Positions 8,284 to 19,300 of a stretch of DNA of 64,000 bases are shown here, in pieces (position 1 is the stretch's first letter; each line of letters starts with the position of its first letter). The translations under genes and the position numbers were made by a program. The notes beneath the pieces were generated by a model. The model worked only from the letters and a program-made list of their open reading frames with translations. It did not search any database and was not told the origin of the DNA. This DNA is from an uncultured Acidobacteriota bacterium (GTDB taxonomy: Bacteria > Acidobacteriota > Thermoanaerobaculia > Multivoradales > UBA5704): the NCBI GenBank assembly GCA_963770895.1, contig CAVYRF010000002.1:5056001-5120000 (forward strand). Direction: 5' to 3'.

Positions 8284-10680
8284 TCAAGGGCCTCGCTTGG
8301 CGAGCCACGTGCGGTCAGTCTGCCAGGAGCGGCGTTCGGCGGCCTCGCGCTCGAAGAGCGCCCGCGTCTTCTCCAGCACCAGCGTGAAAGGCCTGCCGGA
8401 GCGGCGTGTCTCGTGGCGAACAGGGAGCTCGTGAGCGTCGATCCGGTCATGCACGTGCCTTCGGAGCTGTTGGGCGAGCGGCCATTCGAGCCCCCTCTTC
8501 CCGGGATCCGAGAGGAAATCGCCGAGCTGCACACAGAGGTTGCAGCTGCAGTCCCGCGGCGGGTCGATGGACCAATCGTCCCGGTCGCGTGTGGGCTGGC
8601 CGAGGCGCGCTTCCAACGCCCGGACACAGTGCTGCTCGATGTCGTCGAGACCGAGGGCGCTCCAGGAGAGGGACGCCCCGGCCGCACTCTCCGAGCCGGC
8701 CATCCGCAGCACCTGCACCAGGCAGGTCAGCAGTGTCCCGTTCTCATCGGCGCAAAGGAAGGTCACGGCCGCATCGCGCAGATCGCTGTCCCCGGCGATC
8801 ACGGCGCTCACGAGGCAGTCCAGAATCTGCTTCGGCAGTGGCGCCTGCGCCTTCTCTCGCTCGCTGGGCCGCGTAAGCTCGCGCCAGCTCTCGATCTCGT
8901 CCCTGAGCTCGTCCCAGAGGCGCCCCACCAGGAGCCGGGCGGCCAGCATTCCCGTCGCCTCGTCGGCTGCGCGCAGGGCCGCGCACAGGCTAGGCAGCGC
9001 GGCACGCCAGGCGACGAGAGATCGTTCATCCATCGGTGCCCATCGGCGGCGCTCGGACTGCCACTCGTCCAGCAGAGACCGCGTCCATGCTTCGCCGTAA
9101 CGCCTGACCAGAGCCAGGAATGCCTTCGCCTGTCCGCTGGTGAGCGCCTCCACACGGAAGGGCTCCATCAGGAGCGCCGCGACCTGCGGGTCGTCGAGAC
9201 CCGCGGCGATCCGCAGCGCTTTGCCGAACAATCCGGGCTGCTCGGCGTGCGCGGCAGCGCGGGTCCAGAAGGGCCGCATCGAATGGGCCAGGCTGTGGGC
9301 CACTTCCGAATGGCCCTTTTGGAGGCGCTGCTGCAACACCTCCAGGGCCCAGGCGGGTGAGGCCTCGGCACGCACGGCGAAGGCACGCTCGTGCGGCCAG
9401 ACGACCAGTGCCGCCCGGCGGTACCAGCGGTCCATGGTATTGCCGTAGTTGCCCATGTACCCTTCATACTCGAACTCATATGGATCGAGGTCCCTGGATG
9501 GCGTGGTGAAACAGATCTCGTCCTGTGCGACCTGCGTCAGGATCGGCTCCGCTTTCCGCCCCGACGGCTCGATCCATCGCACCAGCTCGGTGCTCGAGTC
9601 CTGAAGATCGCCAAGCGAGTAGCCGTTTGGATCGCCAGCCGGACCTCCGCCAGGCTCATCCTCGTCGATCTCGTCGTGCCACCCGCGGCGTCGTCTTTCC
9701 CGCCAAGGCTCCTCCCAGCCGTCGTCCAGGCAGTCCCAGACCTCGTGCACCTTGGCGAGCGCTAGCACGATCTCGCAGCTGGCGCGCTCCGCCGCCTCCC
9801 TAAGCAACGCGGCGCGGGCGGTGTCCACTCCTTTCAGGTGTCCCCAGCTGAGGCCGCGCTCGGTGTATTGAAAATCGAGCAGGTACACCAATCGGTCGGG
9901 CGGATCGAGTGGTGCGCCGACCTCCTCGTGATACCGAGCAGGCAACCGCGGCGTCGCGAAATACCGGCGGAGGACGGCGGCCAGGGCGGCGACCTTGGCC
10001 GGCGCCGGCTTGGTGGCGGCCAGGGAAGCGGTGCTCCCGTCGCGCTCGATCATCAGGTCATAGGTCAGAATGATCCTGTAGCCCGAGCTCACCGGCTGCA
10101 CCTCGTGGTAGCAGTCGGCATAGAAGGAGATGAACGAGAGGGGCTTCCGCGAGGCGCGGTAGACGACGCGCTCGTTCTGATGCTCGACGACCAGGGCGCC
10201 GCCCTTGAAGGAGGATGGGAGCGTTACGACCAGCGTCCCGATCATTCCGTCTGCCTTCTCCGAGTCCTTGTGCCGGAGGAAGAACTGGCCAGGGGCGTAA
10301 ACGAGCATGCCCTGAAACTCGGCCCTCAGCTTGCAGCCTTCGGGCAGGCCGAGAGCGGCCCGCATCTGGTCGAGCACCGGCAGCAGCGTCTGGCGCCAGC
10401 GCCGCTGGTCGATCTTCACGCGGCTCCTGGGAATCTCCCAGGTGTTTCGGACTCGGCTGTCGCGGAAAGTCGCCTCCCCCAGCCCGTAGGAAGCGGGTCG
10501 CGCGACGCCGCAGAGCTGCTGCGCCTGCATCCGGGAGATCGGAAAGCGGAGCCGTCCGACTCCTTTGACCGCGATGTCCAGGTCGTCGGCTTCGGCTGTC
10601 CGCCGCGCGGTAAAAGCGCCGGGAGCGCCGGCCGAATCCAGGATTTCGCTGACCTGCCCGAGCTGCGAAATGGTCTCCAC
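8284..10680 (-). CDS. 2OG-Fe(II) oxygenase domain protein with a long C-terminal extension
   Basis: HKD...YHEVQPV...YRIILTY triad; GGAGG upstream of GTG 10680; GYMGNYGNTMDRWY motif. Confidence 0.85.
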   Translation of the reverse strand: METISQLGQVSEILDSAGAPGAFTARRTAEADDLDIAVKGVGRLRFPISRMQAQQLCGVARPASYGLGEATFRDSRVRNTWEIPRSRVKIDQRRWRQTLLPVLDQMRAALGLPEGCKLRAEFQGMLVYAPGQFFLRHKDSEKADGMIGTLVVTLPSSFKGGALVVEHQNERVVYRASRKPLSFISFYADCYHEVQPVSSGYRIILTYDLMIERDGSTASLAATKPAPAKVAALAAVLRRYFATPRLPARYHEEVGAPLDPPDRLVYLLDFQYTERGLSWGHLKGVDTARAALLREAAERASCEIVLALAKVHEVWDCLDDGWEEPWRERRRRGWHDEIDEDEPGGGPAGDPNGYSLGDLQDSSTELVRWIEPSGRKAEPILTQVAQDEICFTTPSRDLDPYEFEYEGYMGNYGNTMDRWYRRAALVVWPHERAFAVRAEASPAWALEVLQQRLQKGHSEVAHSLAHSMRPFWTRAAAHAEQPGLFGKALRIAAGLDDPQVAALLMEPFRVEALTSGQAKAFLALVRRYGEAWTRSLLDEWQSERRRWAPMDERSLVAWRAALPSLCAALRAADEATGMLAARLLVGRLWDELRDEIESWRELTRPSEREKAQAPLPKQILDCLVSAVIAGDSDLRDAAVTFLCADENGTLLTCLVQVLRMAGSESAAGASLSWSALGLDDIEQHCVRALEARLGQPTRDRDDWSIDPPRDCSCNLCVQLGDFLSDPGKRGLEWPLAQQLRRHVHDRIDAHELPVRHETRRSGRPFTLVLEKTRALFEREAAERRSWQTDRTWLAKRGP

Positions 10681-10875
10681 GTTCACCTCCCGAACACGAG
10701 GCTGGTCTGTAACGCCTTCCGGGCATTCGTCCGTGCGCGGAAGCCGCCCCCGAACACCGCGACGGCAAGTGCGCCGGCGCCGCATCCACGGTACGGCGTG
10801 AGCGGGAGCCCCGGCTGTGCGATCGCCTCGGCGGAGGCTCCGAGGTTCGGACGGCGGGGCGCGCTCGCTACTGGA

Positions 10876-11175
10876 TCAGATAGGACCCTCCCCTGATGCG
10901 GGCACCGTCGGATAGGGCTCGATCGGACCCTCGATGGCCTCGATGGCTGCGATGAAGAGGTGAGGAAAGGACAGAGGGACAGTCTGGCACAATCGCAGGA
11001 TGCGCCGACGGAGGCGCTTGGCATCCGCCTCGGGCGCCGAGGCGAGCCGATAGAGCTGGCGCCAAGCTCTAAGCTCGCCGCGGTCGAGGAGCTGCGCGAG
11101 GACCTCATCGCTCTCCAGGTTGAGGCCCGAGCGGTTCCAGAGCGCCCGTGATTGGGACAGATCAAGATCGTTCAC
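10876..11175 (-). CDS. Small partner / putative antitoxin of the adjacent nucleotidyltransferase
   Basis: Overlaps the upstream stop by 4 nt; ALWN...QLLDRGELRAWRQLY pattern. Confidence 0.6.
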   Translation of the reverse strand: MNDLDLSQSRALWNRSGLNLESDEVLAQLLDRGELRAWRQLYRLASAPEADAKRLRRRILRLCQTVPLSFPHLFIAAIEAIEGPIEPYPTVPASGEGPI

Positions 11176-11858
11176 GGCTCCTCCTCACTCGCGCCGAGCA
11201 GCACGTCGGCCAATACGCTGGCCCACCAACGCCCGCGAGTCACAACGTACTGCCAGTCGTTCCACGGCGGCCGGAGTCCGCGATAGCTGGCGAGATCAAT
11301 CTGAGCACCGTCGATAGGTTGGCCGGCGCCGAGGCGCTCGATCACTTCCGCAAGCACCGAGGCGCCACCCTGCTGAGGATAGAGCAAGTCGAGCTTCCCC
11401 AGGGCTGCGCGAACCCCAGCCACACCTAGTCGCTCGAAGAGCACCACGGCGTCAAGGTAGTCGCGGGTGGTCAAGCGAACGGCGAGCAGCCAAGCCTTGA
11501 TGCGCGCCATCTCGGCGAGCGTGGGCAACCGCAGTCCGGCGATCTCCTCGGTGTCGAGAGGCTGGACGCGGCGCAGCTGGCGGATGCCGGTCAATACACC
11601 GTCGAGCTGGCCAAGGATCAGGACCGGCCGGCGAATGCGCGAGGTCTGCCAACCGGCGGCGGCCTCCAGGTCCGCCAGGATCTCGTCGAATCGCTCCCGG
11701 AGATCCGACACCACGTGGTCCCCATCGAGGCTGACGCGGTGTCCGGCATGGAGAGCGGCGGCGGTCCCGCCCACCAGCACCGAACCCGGTACGAGGGCCT
11801 GAAGATGACGCTCTGCTGAAAGCAGGTGTTCCCACTCGGAAGCGTTGTCTCCGACCAT
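11172..11858 (-). CDS. AbiEii/DUF1814-like nucleotidyltransferase (type IV TA toxin-like)
   Basis: VLVGGTAAALH.GHR.S.DGD, then K....(R)...RDYLD. Confidence 0.75.
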   Translation of the reverse strand: MVGDNASEWEHLLSAERHLQALVPGSVLVGGTAAALHAGHRVSLDGDHVVSDLRERFDEILADLEAAAGWQTSRIRRPVLILGQLDGVLTGIRQLRRVQPLDTEEIAGLRLPTLAEMARIKAWLLAVRLTTRDYLDAVVLFERLGVAGVRAALGKLDLLYPQQGGASVLAEVIERLGAGQPIDGAQIDLASYRGLRPPWNDWQYVVTRGRWWASVLADVLLGASEEEP

Positions 11859-12094
11859 GCCTCAGAGCATAGCGCGGCAGGTCTCCAGGCGCTCGTCGGG
11901 CCTCGCGGCGGCCGCTGCCATGCCACGTTGCGGGTGGCGCCGGCGACAGCTTCCAGGTGAGGGTAGCCAACAACGCGCCGCGAGCCACGATGGCGAGGCG
12001 GGGTGCCGACCATCCCGTGGTGCACCGGTGGTGCACTTGACGGCAACTCAAGCCCACTGTCGCCATCAGGTCTCAACGGCTGGGCGTTGCGAGA

Positions 12095-12770
12095 CGCGGA
12101 GTACCAGATCTACGACGGCGAGATCCCAGGTCTCGCCCTTCGGGTCAACCCGAACGACCGGAAGGTGTTCAGGCTCTTCGGACCCTGTCGGGCCGAAAGC
12201 GCACTCTCACCCTGGGTGTGTTCGGCGCGATCACGCCCGACCAGGCGCGGCGCCTGGCCAAGGAGCGGCCCGCCGAGGTGACGCGCGGCGTCGATCCTGC
12301 CGGGGAGCGGCAGCGTGCCCGGCATGCGCCAAACGTGGCGGCGCTCGTCGAGCGCTACCGGGCAGAGCACCTCGCCGACAAGAAGCCCAGCACCCGCCTC
12401 CGGTCGGAGGGCCTCCTCAAGCGCGTCATCCTCCCAGCCCTGGGGCCGATGAAGGCCGAGGAGGTCACCCGGCAGGACATCCTGGCTTTCCGCCGCGGCC
12501 ACAGTGCCACACCGGTCGAGGCGAATCGCGCTGTCACCCTGCTTTCGGCGCCAGGCGGTAGCTGCGATCCTGCCGGGCCAGGTGCTACGGTTAAGGATGG
12601 GAGCACTCTGCAATAAACTCCGAGCCCGCCGGGAGCGCTACCTGTCGGCCCGAGAGCTTGCCTGCCTGGGGGCGCCCTTGGACGCAAGCGAGGCACCACC
12701 CTGCAGCGATTCTCGCCATTCGCCTTCTGCTCCTGACCAGCTGCCGCAAGAGCGAGAGCCTGGCCCTGGT
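12095..12770 (+). pseudogene. Frameshifted tyrosine integrase with arm-DNA-binding domain
   Basis: Pieces in different frames: YDGEIPGLALRV; GAITPDQARRLA...GVDPAGER; ANRAVTLLS; RERYLS; AIRLLLLTSCRKSE; C-terminal catalytic residues not found. Confidence 0.85.
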
Positions 12771-12911
12771 CGGCGCCATCGTGCAGAGGTCGTCGGCCGC
12801 GCTGCGCCGGTCGCCGCCGCGGATGATGGTTTCGAACAGGTCTCGATGCCGTGCCATGCCGAGGTGCGGAGGTCGACGCGCGGAGTGGCAGTGATGGTGG
12901 CAGCTGCGCTC

Positions 12912-14084
12912 TCACGGTGGCGAGCGAAGCGCGGCCTTCTCGGCCGCGGCGGCGGCGGCCGTCGCCTCGTCGCTCAGATCCAGCGCGGCGTACAGCTCGT
13001 GAGCCCGCCGGAACTCGCTTGCCGCTTCGCGGTAGCGGGCGCGGGCGTACTGGATGCGGCCGAGCCCGAAGGTGGCGGCCGCCCGAACCGCCGGCGCGGC
13101 ATCGACGAGCGCCTCGCGGTAGCGCGGCTCGGCGAGCGAGAGCAGGCCCATTGTGAGGTCGAGATCGGCGAGGGTGACTCGCAGCTCGGCGGAAGGTGCG
13201 GCAGCCAGGGCTTGGCGGTAGAGGTCGGCAGCGTCGCTGTAGAGATCGCCTTGTGCGTAGAGGCCGGCGATGGCGGCGGCGAGCGCCGGCCCGCTGATGC
13301 CGAGGCCGGTGAGGTGATGCAGGCGGGTTTCGAGCTCCAGGACGTCGGCGACCTTCGGGGTCCGCACCAGCACCGAGTCGGCGCTGTGCCAGGGTGCCAC
13401 CGCGTTGGCGCGCGCCGCCACGGACAGGAAGTAGGTGCGGTCCGGCACCAGGCCGGTCCGGTCGGCGGGCCAGGGCAGCGTGCAGATCGAGACCCCGTCC
13501 GGGCCTGCGGCGCAGCCAGCGCCGCCGGCGGCGAGATGGATGTCGGTGGCGAAGCCCTGGCCGCTCCATTCGATGCGGTATTCAGCGGCGGTCGGCACCG
13601 CCAGCCACGAGACCGCGGGCCGCGGTGTGCGCAGCGCGGTGTTGCGCGGAGCCAGCACCAGTGGGGCGAGCGGATCGTCCTCGTCGGCGGCCCGGATGTC
13701 GCGTTCGAGGACCAGGAGTCCGGAAAGCACCTTGAAACGCCCGGTTCGGGGCGTGACCAGCGCGACCTCTCCGGCTGTGAGCTGGCGGCCCGCGGCGCAG
13801 GCCGGCTCCGTCAGGGTCCAGCTGGCCGGACCCTGCAGGCGCACGAAGGAACGGCTTGAGCAGACGATGCCAGCCGTGGCGCCCTGGGGCAGGCGGACGG
13901 TGACACCGGCGTGAAGGACCTGCCATGGGCTGGCCAGAGGGGGCCCGCCCACGCCGGGGCCGGTGAGCTGCACGGCGCCGTCAAGCTGCGTGACGATAGC
14001 GGTAAGCTGGGTAGAGGGGACGGCTGCCGCCCTGGCTGCGGTGACGGCGAGGAGGAGCAGGTTGGTGAGGAGCGTGCGAGCCAT
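12912..14084 (-). CDS. Secreted protein with C-terminal TPRs
   Basis: Signal peptide; PLVLAPRNT...RP.VSW Ig-like segment; TPR helices. Confidence 0.75.
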   Translation of the reverse strand: MARTLLTNLLLLAVTAARAAAVPSTQLTAIVTQLDGAVQLTGPGVGGPPLASPWQVLHAGVTVRLPQGATAGIVCSSRSFVRLQGPASWTLTEPACAAGRQLTAGEVALVTPRTGRFKVLSGLLVLERDIRAADEDDPLAPLVLAPRNTALRTPRPAVSWLAVPTAAEYRIEWSGQGFATDIHLAAGGAGCAAGPDGVSICTLPWPADRTGLVPDRTYFLSVAARANAVAPWHSADSVLVRTPKVADVLELETRLHHLTGLGISGPALAAAIAGLYAQGDLYSDAADLYRQALAAAPSAELRVTLADLDLTMGLLSLAEPRYREALVDAAPAVRAAATFGLGRIQYARARYREAASEFRRAHELYAALDLSDEATAAAAAAEKAALRSPP

Positions 14085-14101
14085 GATGGACCGGAAGCCG
14101 C

Positions 14102-16057
14102 TCAGGGCTCTGTTGGGCAGCCGCGCCGTGCGGCGAGCGCTGCGGCTTGCGGTGCCGGCCGGGTGATCCCCGGCGGGTCGAGGCGGTGCAGCTCGCGCAG
14201 CTCGCGGCAGGCTAGCCCCGCGTCTCCGAGGTCGTCGTGGGCCTGGGCGAGAAGCCAGGTGGTTTCGACGGTGCCGGGGTCGCCAAGCGGATAGAGCCTG
14301 CGAGCCTCTGTCAGGTAGGAGATTGCGGCGCGTGGGTTGCCGGCCGCGAGCTCGAGGGCGCCGAGGCGGCGCTGGAGGGCCGGCCGCTCGGGATCGAGGC
14401 GCAGGGCGATGTGGAGCTGGAGGCGAGCCCTACCCACCATTCCGCGGGCGGCGGCGGCTTCGGCGAGCTCGGCATAAGCATCGGCGCGTTGCGGATCGGC
14501 GGCCACGGCGCGCAGCAGGTAACGGTACGCCTCGTCGTAGCTGCCGCGGTTGGTCAGGAAGCGGCCGAGGTTGTAAAGGTGCTCGGCCGACTCGGGCTCG
14601 AGCTGCACCGCCTCGCCGTAGTGCTCAAGGGCCGCCTGCACATCGCCGCGCGCCTCGTCGCAGGCAGCGAGGTCCGACAGGATCGCGGCCGATCGCGGGG
14701 CGAGCACTCGGGCAACACTGAGGCGGTCGGCGGCGTCGGTCCAGCGCTGCTCGCTCATCAGCGCGGCTCCCTCGGCGACCAGCCTTTCTACCCGCCACCT
14801 GCAGGCGACGACCGCGGCACCTGCGGCGACGAGCAGGACGAGCAGGGCAGCGGCCCAGCGGCGGCCCCACGTCGGCCGCTGCGAGCGGTCCCACAGGTCG
14901 TGCTGTGGGTAGAGGTCGCCGGTCGGCGTCCGCAGGAAGAGCACCGGGGTTGCCCATTCGCTGCGGGTGCGGCCCGCGGCATGGATGGCCAGCCTGCCTT
15001 CGGTGACGGCGGCGTCGACCGGCTCGCCGGCCGCGAGCTTCTGGTAGAAGGCCCGGCTGAAGCAGATCGCCGCGCCGTCCGAGATCGGCAGCTGCATGGC
15101 GACGACGGCGGGAAGGCCGCCGAGGACCAGGGCATGGGCGACGCCGGTGAAGGCGCTGGCGGTGGCGCTCGTGCCGCCGGAAGGGTCCGCGGTAGCGTTG
15201 CCGGCGGCCGATCCACAGGCGTTGAGGACGGCGAGGCGGAGCTTCGGAAAGCCGGCCAGCTGGTTGAGCAGGTCGGTTCCCCGCACCGGGTCAGCGCAAC
15301 CTTCTTCGGTGGCGAAATAGAGGACGCGATCGGCCGAGGCCGCCGGCGCGCCACCGCCATGGCCCATGAAGTGGAGCACGTGGACCTCGTGCTCGGCGAG
15401 CGCCCGGCGCAGCGCGGCGAGGGTCGGCGCCGCAGGCGTCACGACCTGCGCCGAGCTGCCGACCGCCTGGCGCAGGTTGGCAAGCTCGCGCTCGACTTCG
15501 AGGGGTGGCAGAGAGCGGGGGTTTGCGGCGACGGCCAGGATGCGGAGGCGGCGCGGCCGCGAAGCGGCCAGGATGGGGCGCGGCAGGGCGAGGAAGCGGG
15601 TGACGGGACGCTGAGGGCTCAGCGCCAGGAACTCGGGCGTGCCAGGCTGGCGCAGCAGCTCCCAGGGGAGCGCCTGCAGGGTGGCCAGGTCGGGGCTGCG
15701 GGGGTCGAACGTGAGTTCGATCCGCAGGCCGGCTCTAGCGTCGGTGCCGAGGAGATCGACACTTCGCTCGTAGAGGCCGAGGATCTCGCCCTGAAACAGC
15801 GCCCGGAAGAGCACTTCGCCGACGGTTTCCGCAGTGCGTGGCGGCGCGGTGCCCACGGAGCGGAGGTCGCGCGGCGACAGGATCTGGCCAAGGGTACGGC
15901 CAGCGACGGGCAAGGTGGGAATCTCGAGGCGCCCGCTACCCTGGCCTTTGGGGGTGAGGGCGATGACGGAGTAACCGATTGCCGAGCTGGCAGAGCCGGA
16001 TGTACCGGCGGCGGGGCGGGCGGGAGCGATCAACAGCTGGAATCGGTAGTAGTGCAC
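14102..16057 (-). CDS. CHAT protease - transmembrane helix - TPR protein
   Basis: LPWELL, HFMGHG and LNACGSA (His/Cys dyad); TM WAAALLVLLVAAGAAVV; TPRs. Confidence 0.88.
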   Translation of the reverse strand: MHYYRFQLLIAPARPAAGTSGSASSAIGYSVIALTPKGQGSGRLEIPTLPVAGRTLGQILSPRDLRSVGTAPPRTAETVGEVLFRALFQGEILGLYERSVDLLGTDARAGLRIELTFDPRSPDLATLQALPWELLRQPGTPEFLALSPQRPVTRFLALPRPILAASRPRRLRILAVAANPRSLPPLEVERELANLRQAVGSSAQVVTPAAPTLAALRRALAEHEVHVLHFMGHGGGAPAASADRVLYFATEEGCADPVRGTDLLNQLAGFPKLRLAVLNACGSAAGNATADPSGGTSATASAFTGVAHALVLGGLPAVVAMQLPISDGAAICFSRAFYQKLAAGEPVDAAVTEGRLAIHAAGRTRSEWATPVLFLRTPTGDLYPQHDLWDRSQRPTWGRRWAAALLVLLVAAGAAVVACRWRVERLVAEGAALMSEQRWTDAADRLSVARVLAPRSAAILSDLAACDEARGDVQAALEHYGEAVQLEPESAEHLYNLGRFLTNRGSYDEAYRYLLRAVAADPQRADAYAELAEAAAARGMVGRARLQLHIALRLDPERPALQRRLGALELAAGNPRAAISYLTEARRLYPLGDPGTVETTWLLAQAHDDLGDAGLACRELRELHRLDPPGITRPAPQAAALAARRGCPTEP

Positions 16058-16332
16058 GGGCGACTCGGCGGGGTCGGGTCGGCAGCGCGATCGGCTCTCT
16101 ATTGTCCGGCGAGCGCGTCGAGGCCATCGAGCTGCTGCGGAGGCGTCATTGGTGATGGCGGCGGAGCGGCTGCCGTCGCCAGGACGCCGCGGCTTGGAGG
16201 AAGGTGACTTTCCGCCTTGCGTTGGGGCGATCGGCTGCCGCAACAGGTTCGGGCACGGCCTGGTCACTCATCGCGCAGGGTGGGAGCGGGCATGTTTGAC
16301 ACCTGTCATTGCGTGCTTCATTCTTGAAGTTC

Positions 16333-19300
16333 ATGCAGCAAGCGACAGTCTACCTTGCCGCCGCGGCGGTGAGCGCCCTGGTGCTCCTCTCCGCCTTCTC
16401 GGCGCCTGCAGCCGACGACTTCGGGCGGGCGCAGGCGCTTTGGCATCGGGCCACGGCGGCGGCGGAGGAGGGCAGGGCAGGCGAGGCGATCCGCGAGTTG
16501 CGCGCGGCCGCCGAGCTCTACCGCAGGGCGGGTCGCTTCAACGACGTCGTGGGCTGCCTGCTGCAGCTGGCCGATCTCGAGCGCAGTCGCGACGACGCAA
16601 GCGCCATTGTCGACCTGCAGGCCGCGATCGAAATCGCCCGCACCCGGGGCCTCCCGGACCTGGTAGCGGCGGGGCAGGCCATCTTCGCCACAACGCTCTA
16701 TTCGCTTGGCCGGTACCAGGAGGCCGCGAGCCAAGCCGAAGCAGCTCTGCCGGGATTGCGCCGCACGGGCCCGAAGTCCAATGTGATGAGCCTGCTGGAG
16801 CTCTTGGGACAGATCGAGATCCTGCTCGGCCAGCCGGCGAAGGCGGTTGGCCACCTCGAAGAAGCCCTGCGGCTCGACCGCGAGCTGGGCGCCGAACCGG
16901 CAACCCATGCCACCTTCCTCCACAATCTTGGCATGGCCTACAAGGAAAGTGGGCGCTTGCAGAATGCCCTGCCGCTGCTTCAGGAATCGCTGCGCATCAT
17001 CGAGCATGGAGGAGCCAAGAACCAGATCGCCAGGTCGCTCACCGCCTTAGGGATGGTGTACATGAGGCTTGGCGATAGCAGCCAGGCGCTGGACACCTTC
17101 GCGCGGGCCGAAGCAATCTTGCAGTCGATCGACGATCCCCTCGACCTCTGGCTGGCGCGGCTGGGAGTAGCCCAGGTCCGTGGCCAGCAGGGCCGCTATG
17201 ATCTCGCGCTGCCGCTCTACGAGAACACCATCGCGGCGCTCCGCCGGCTCCACGCCGAGAAGGACCTGGCTCAGGCGCTCAACAGTCTCGCAGATCTCGA
17301 TCGCCACCAGGGGCGGGCTGATGACGCCATCGCACTCGAGCAGGAAGCCGTCACGCTGGCACACAAGCTCGGCAGCTGGGCAACTGAAGCCACGGCGCTG
17401 AACGGCATCGCGGTCGCGGAAAGCGATCTTGGCCACTTCGAGCGCTCCCTGTCCTACTCTGAGCGGGCGCTTGCCCTGCACCACCAGGCGGGCGACGGCC
17501 CTGGTGAGGCGGCAGCTCTGATCAACACCGCCGCCATCTACATGCAAATCGGGCAGCCCGAAGAGGCGTTGGTGCGCAGCGAGCAGGCGCTCACCCTGGC
17601 CCGGTCCATTGCCGACCCCGCCGCGGTGGCTGGCGCGCTGAACCTCCTGGCCGCGGTGGTCCTGGTCGAACGTCCCGAGACCGCCCTGGCGCAGGCCGAG
17701 GAAGCCCTGGCGGTCGCGACAGGCAGGCCCGGGTGGCGGCCGGTCGAGCTGCAAGGCAACATGCTCAAGGGTTCGGCGCTGTTGGTCCTTGGGCGGCGCG
17801 ACGAAGCGGCCGCGACATTGACCAAGAGCCGCGACCTCAGCCAAGAGTTGGGCAGCCGGTGTAAAGAGAGCGAGATCCTGTTGCTCCTCGGCTCTGTCCA
17901 CTACCTGTCGCGGCAGCTTCCAGCAGCGCGGCAGACGCTCGAAAACGCTGTGCACCTCGCCAGGGAGAACCATTGTGCAGCGCCCTCCACCTACTACCAG
18001 CTGATGCTGGGACAAGTCTACGCTGCCTTGCACCTCAACGAACCGGCGATCGCCGCGCTCAGCGCTGCCGCCGCTGCGTTCGAGACGACCCTGGGGGACA
18101 TCCGCTCCAGCCAGCTGCTGGCCGGCGTCATCGGCACCAACTCCTCGCCATATCCGACACTTGCCCGGCTGCTGGCCGACGCCGGCCGCACCGCCGACGC
18201 CTTCGACGTTGCCGAGCGCGCCCGGGCGCGCGCCCTGCTCCATCAGCTGGAGAAAGGACCGGCTGGCAACCTTCACCGCGCGGCCGCCGGCGACCTGACG
18301 AGCGAAGAGTCCGAGTTGCGCCGTCGTCTGGACCGGCTCCGCCGTGAGGCCGAGGCGGAGCAGGAGAAGCCAAGCGACCGGCAAGATCGCGGCCTGCTCA
18401 CCTACCTGGGAAACGAAATCGATCAGGGACGGCGCGGCTACGAGGCTTTGCTGCTGCGGTTGCAGGTTGCCGATCCTGAATATTCCTCCCTGGTGCACGC
18501 GGCACCACTCTCGCTCGCCGAGGTGCGCCGCCTGCTCGCTGCCGACACGACCCTGGTCGAGTATTTCGTCCTGGACAGGGAAACCCTCGCCTGGGTGATC
18601 GATCGCGATTCAGCCGAGATGGTGCGGCTGCCGGCGTCCGCCGCGCTGCTCGAGCAGCAGGTGCGGGAGCTCTGCACGCGCATTGCACGCCGCGAGCCGG
18701 TGGCCGACCTTGCGGCATCGCTGCATGCGGCCTTGCTCGCTCCGCTCCTGCGCTTCATCCATCACTCGAATCTTCAGATCGTCCCTTTCGGCGCGTTGCA
18801 CGCCGTCCCCTTTGCCGCTCTCGGAGGCGCCGGCGACCAGCCGCTGGTCGCGACCCATACCGTGAGCTACCTGCCGAGCGCCAGTGTGCTCCCCTTCCTG
18901 GCCGGCAAGCGCAAGGCCGGAACCGGCCGCGCACTGGTGCTGGGCGACCCCGATGGCTCCTTGCCGCACGCCGCAGCGGAGGCCCGCTCCGTCGCCAGGC
19001 TTTACGGCGTCGATCCGCTGCTCGGGCCGGCGGCAACGGAGACCGCGCTGCGCGCCCGTGCCGCGCAGACGGGCATCCTGCACATCGCAGCCCACGTCCA
19101 CTTCGACCAGGCGCGGCCACTGTGGAGCCACGTGGCGCTGGCTGCCGATGCCGCCAACGACGGTCACCTGGAGGTGCACGAGATCTTCAGCCTCGATCTG
19201 CGGCAAGCCAGGCTGGTGGTGCTCTCGGGTTGCGAGTCGGGGCTGGTCCGGCTTGACCAGGGCGACAACGTCATCGGTCTGAGCCGTGCCTTCCTCTATG

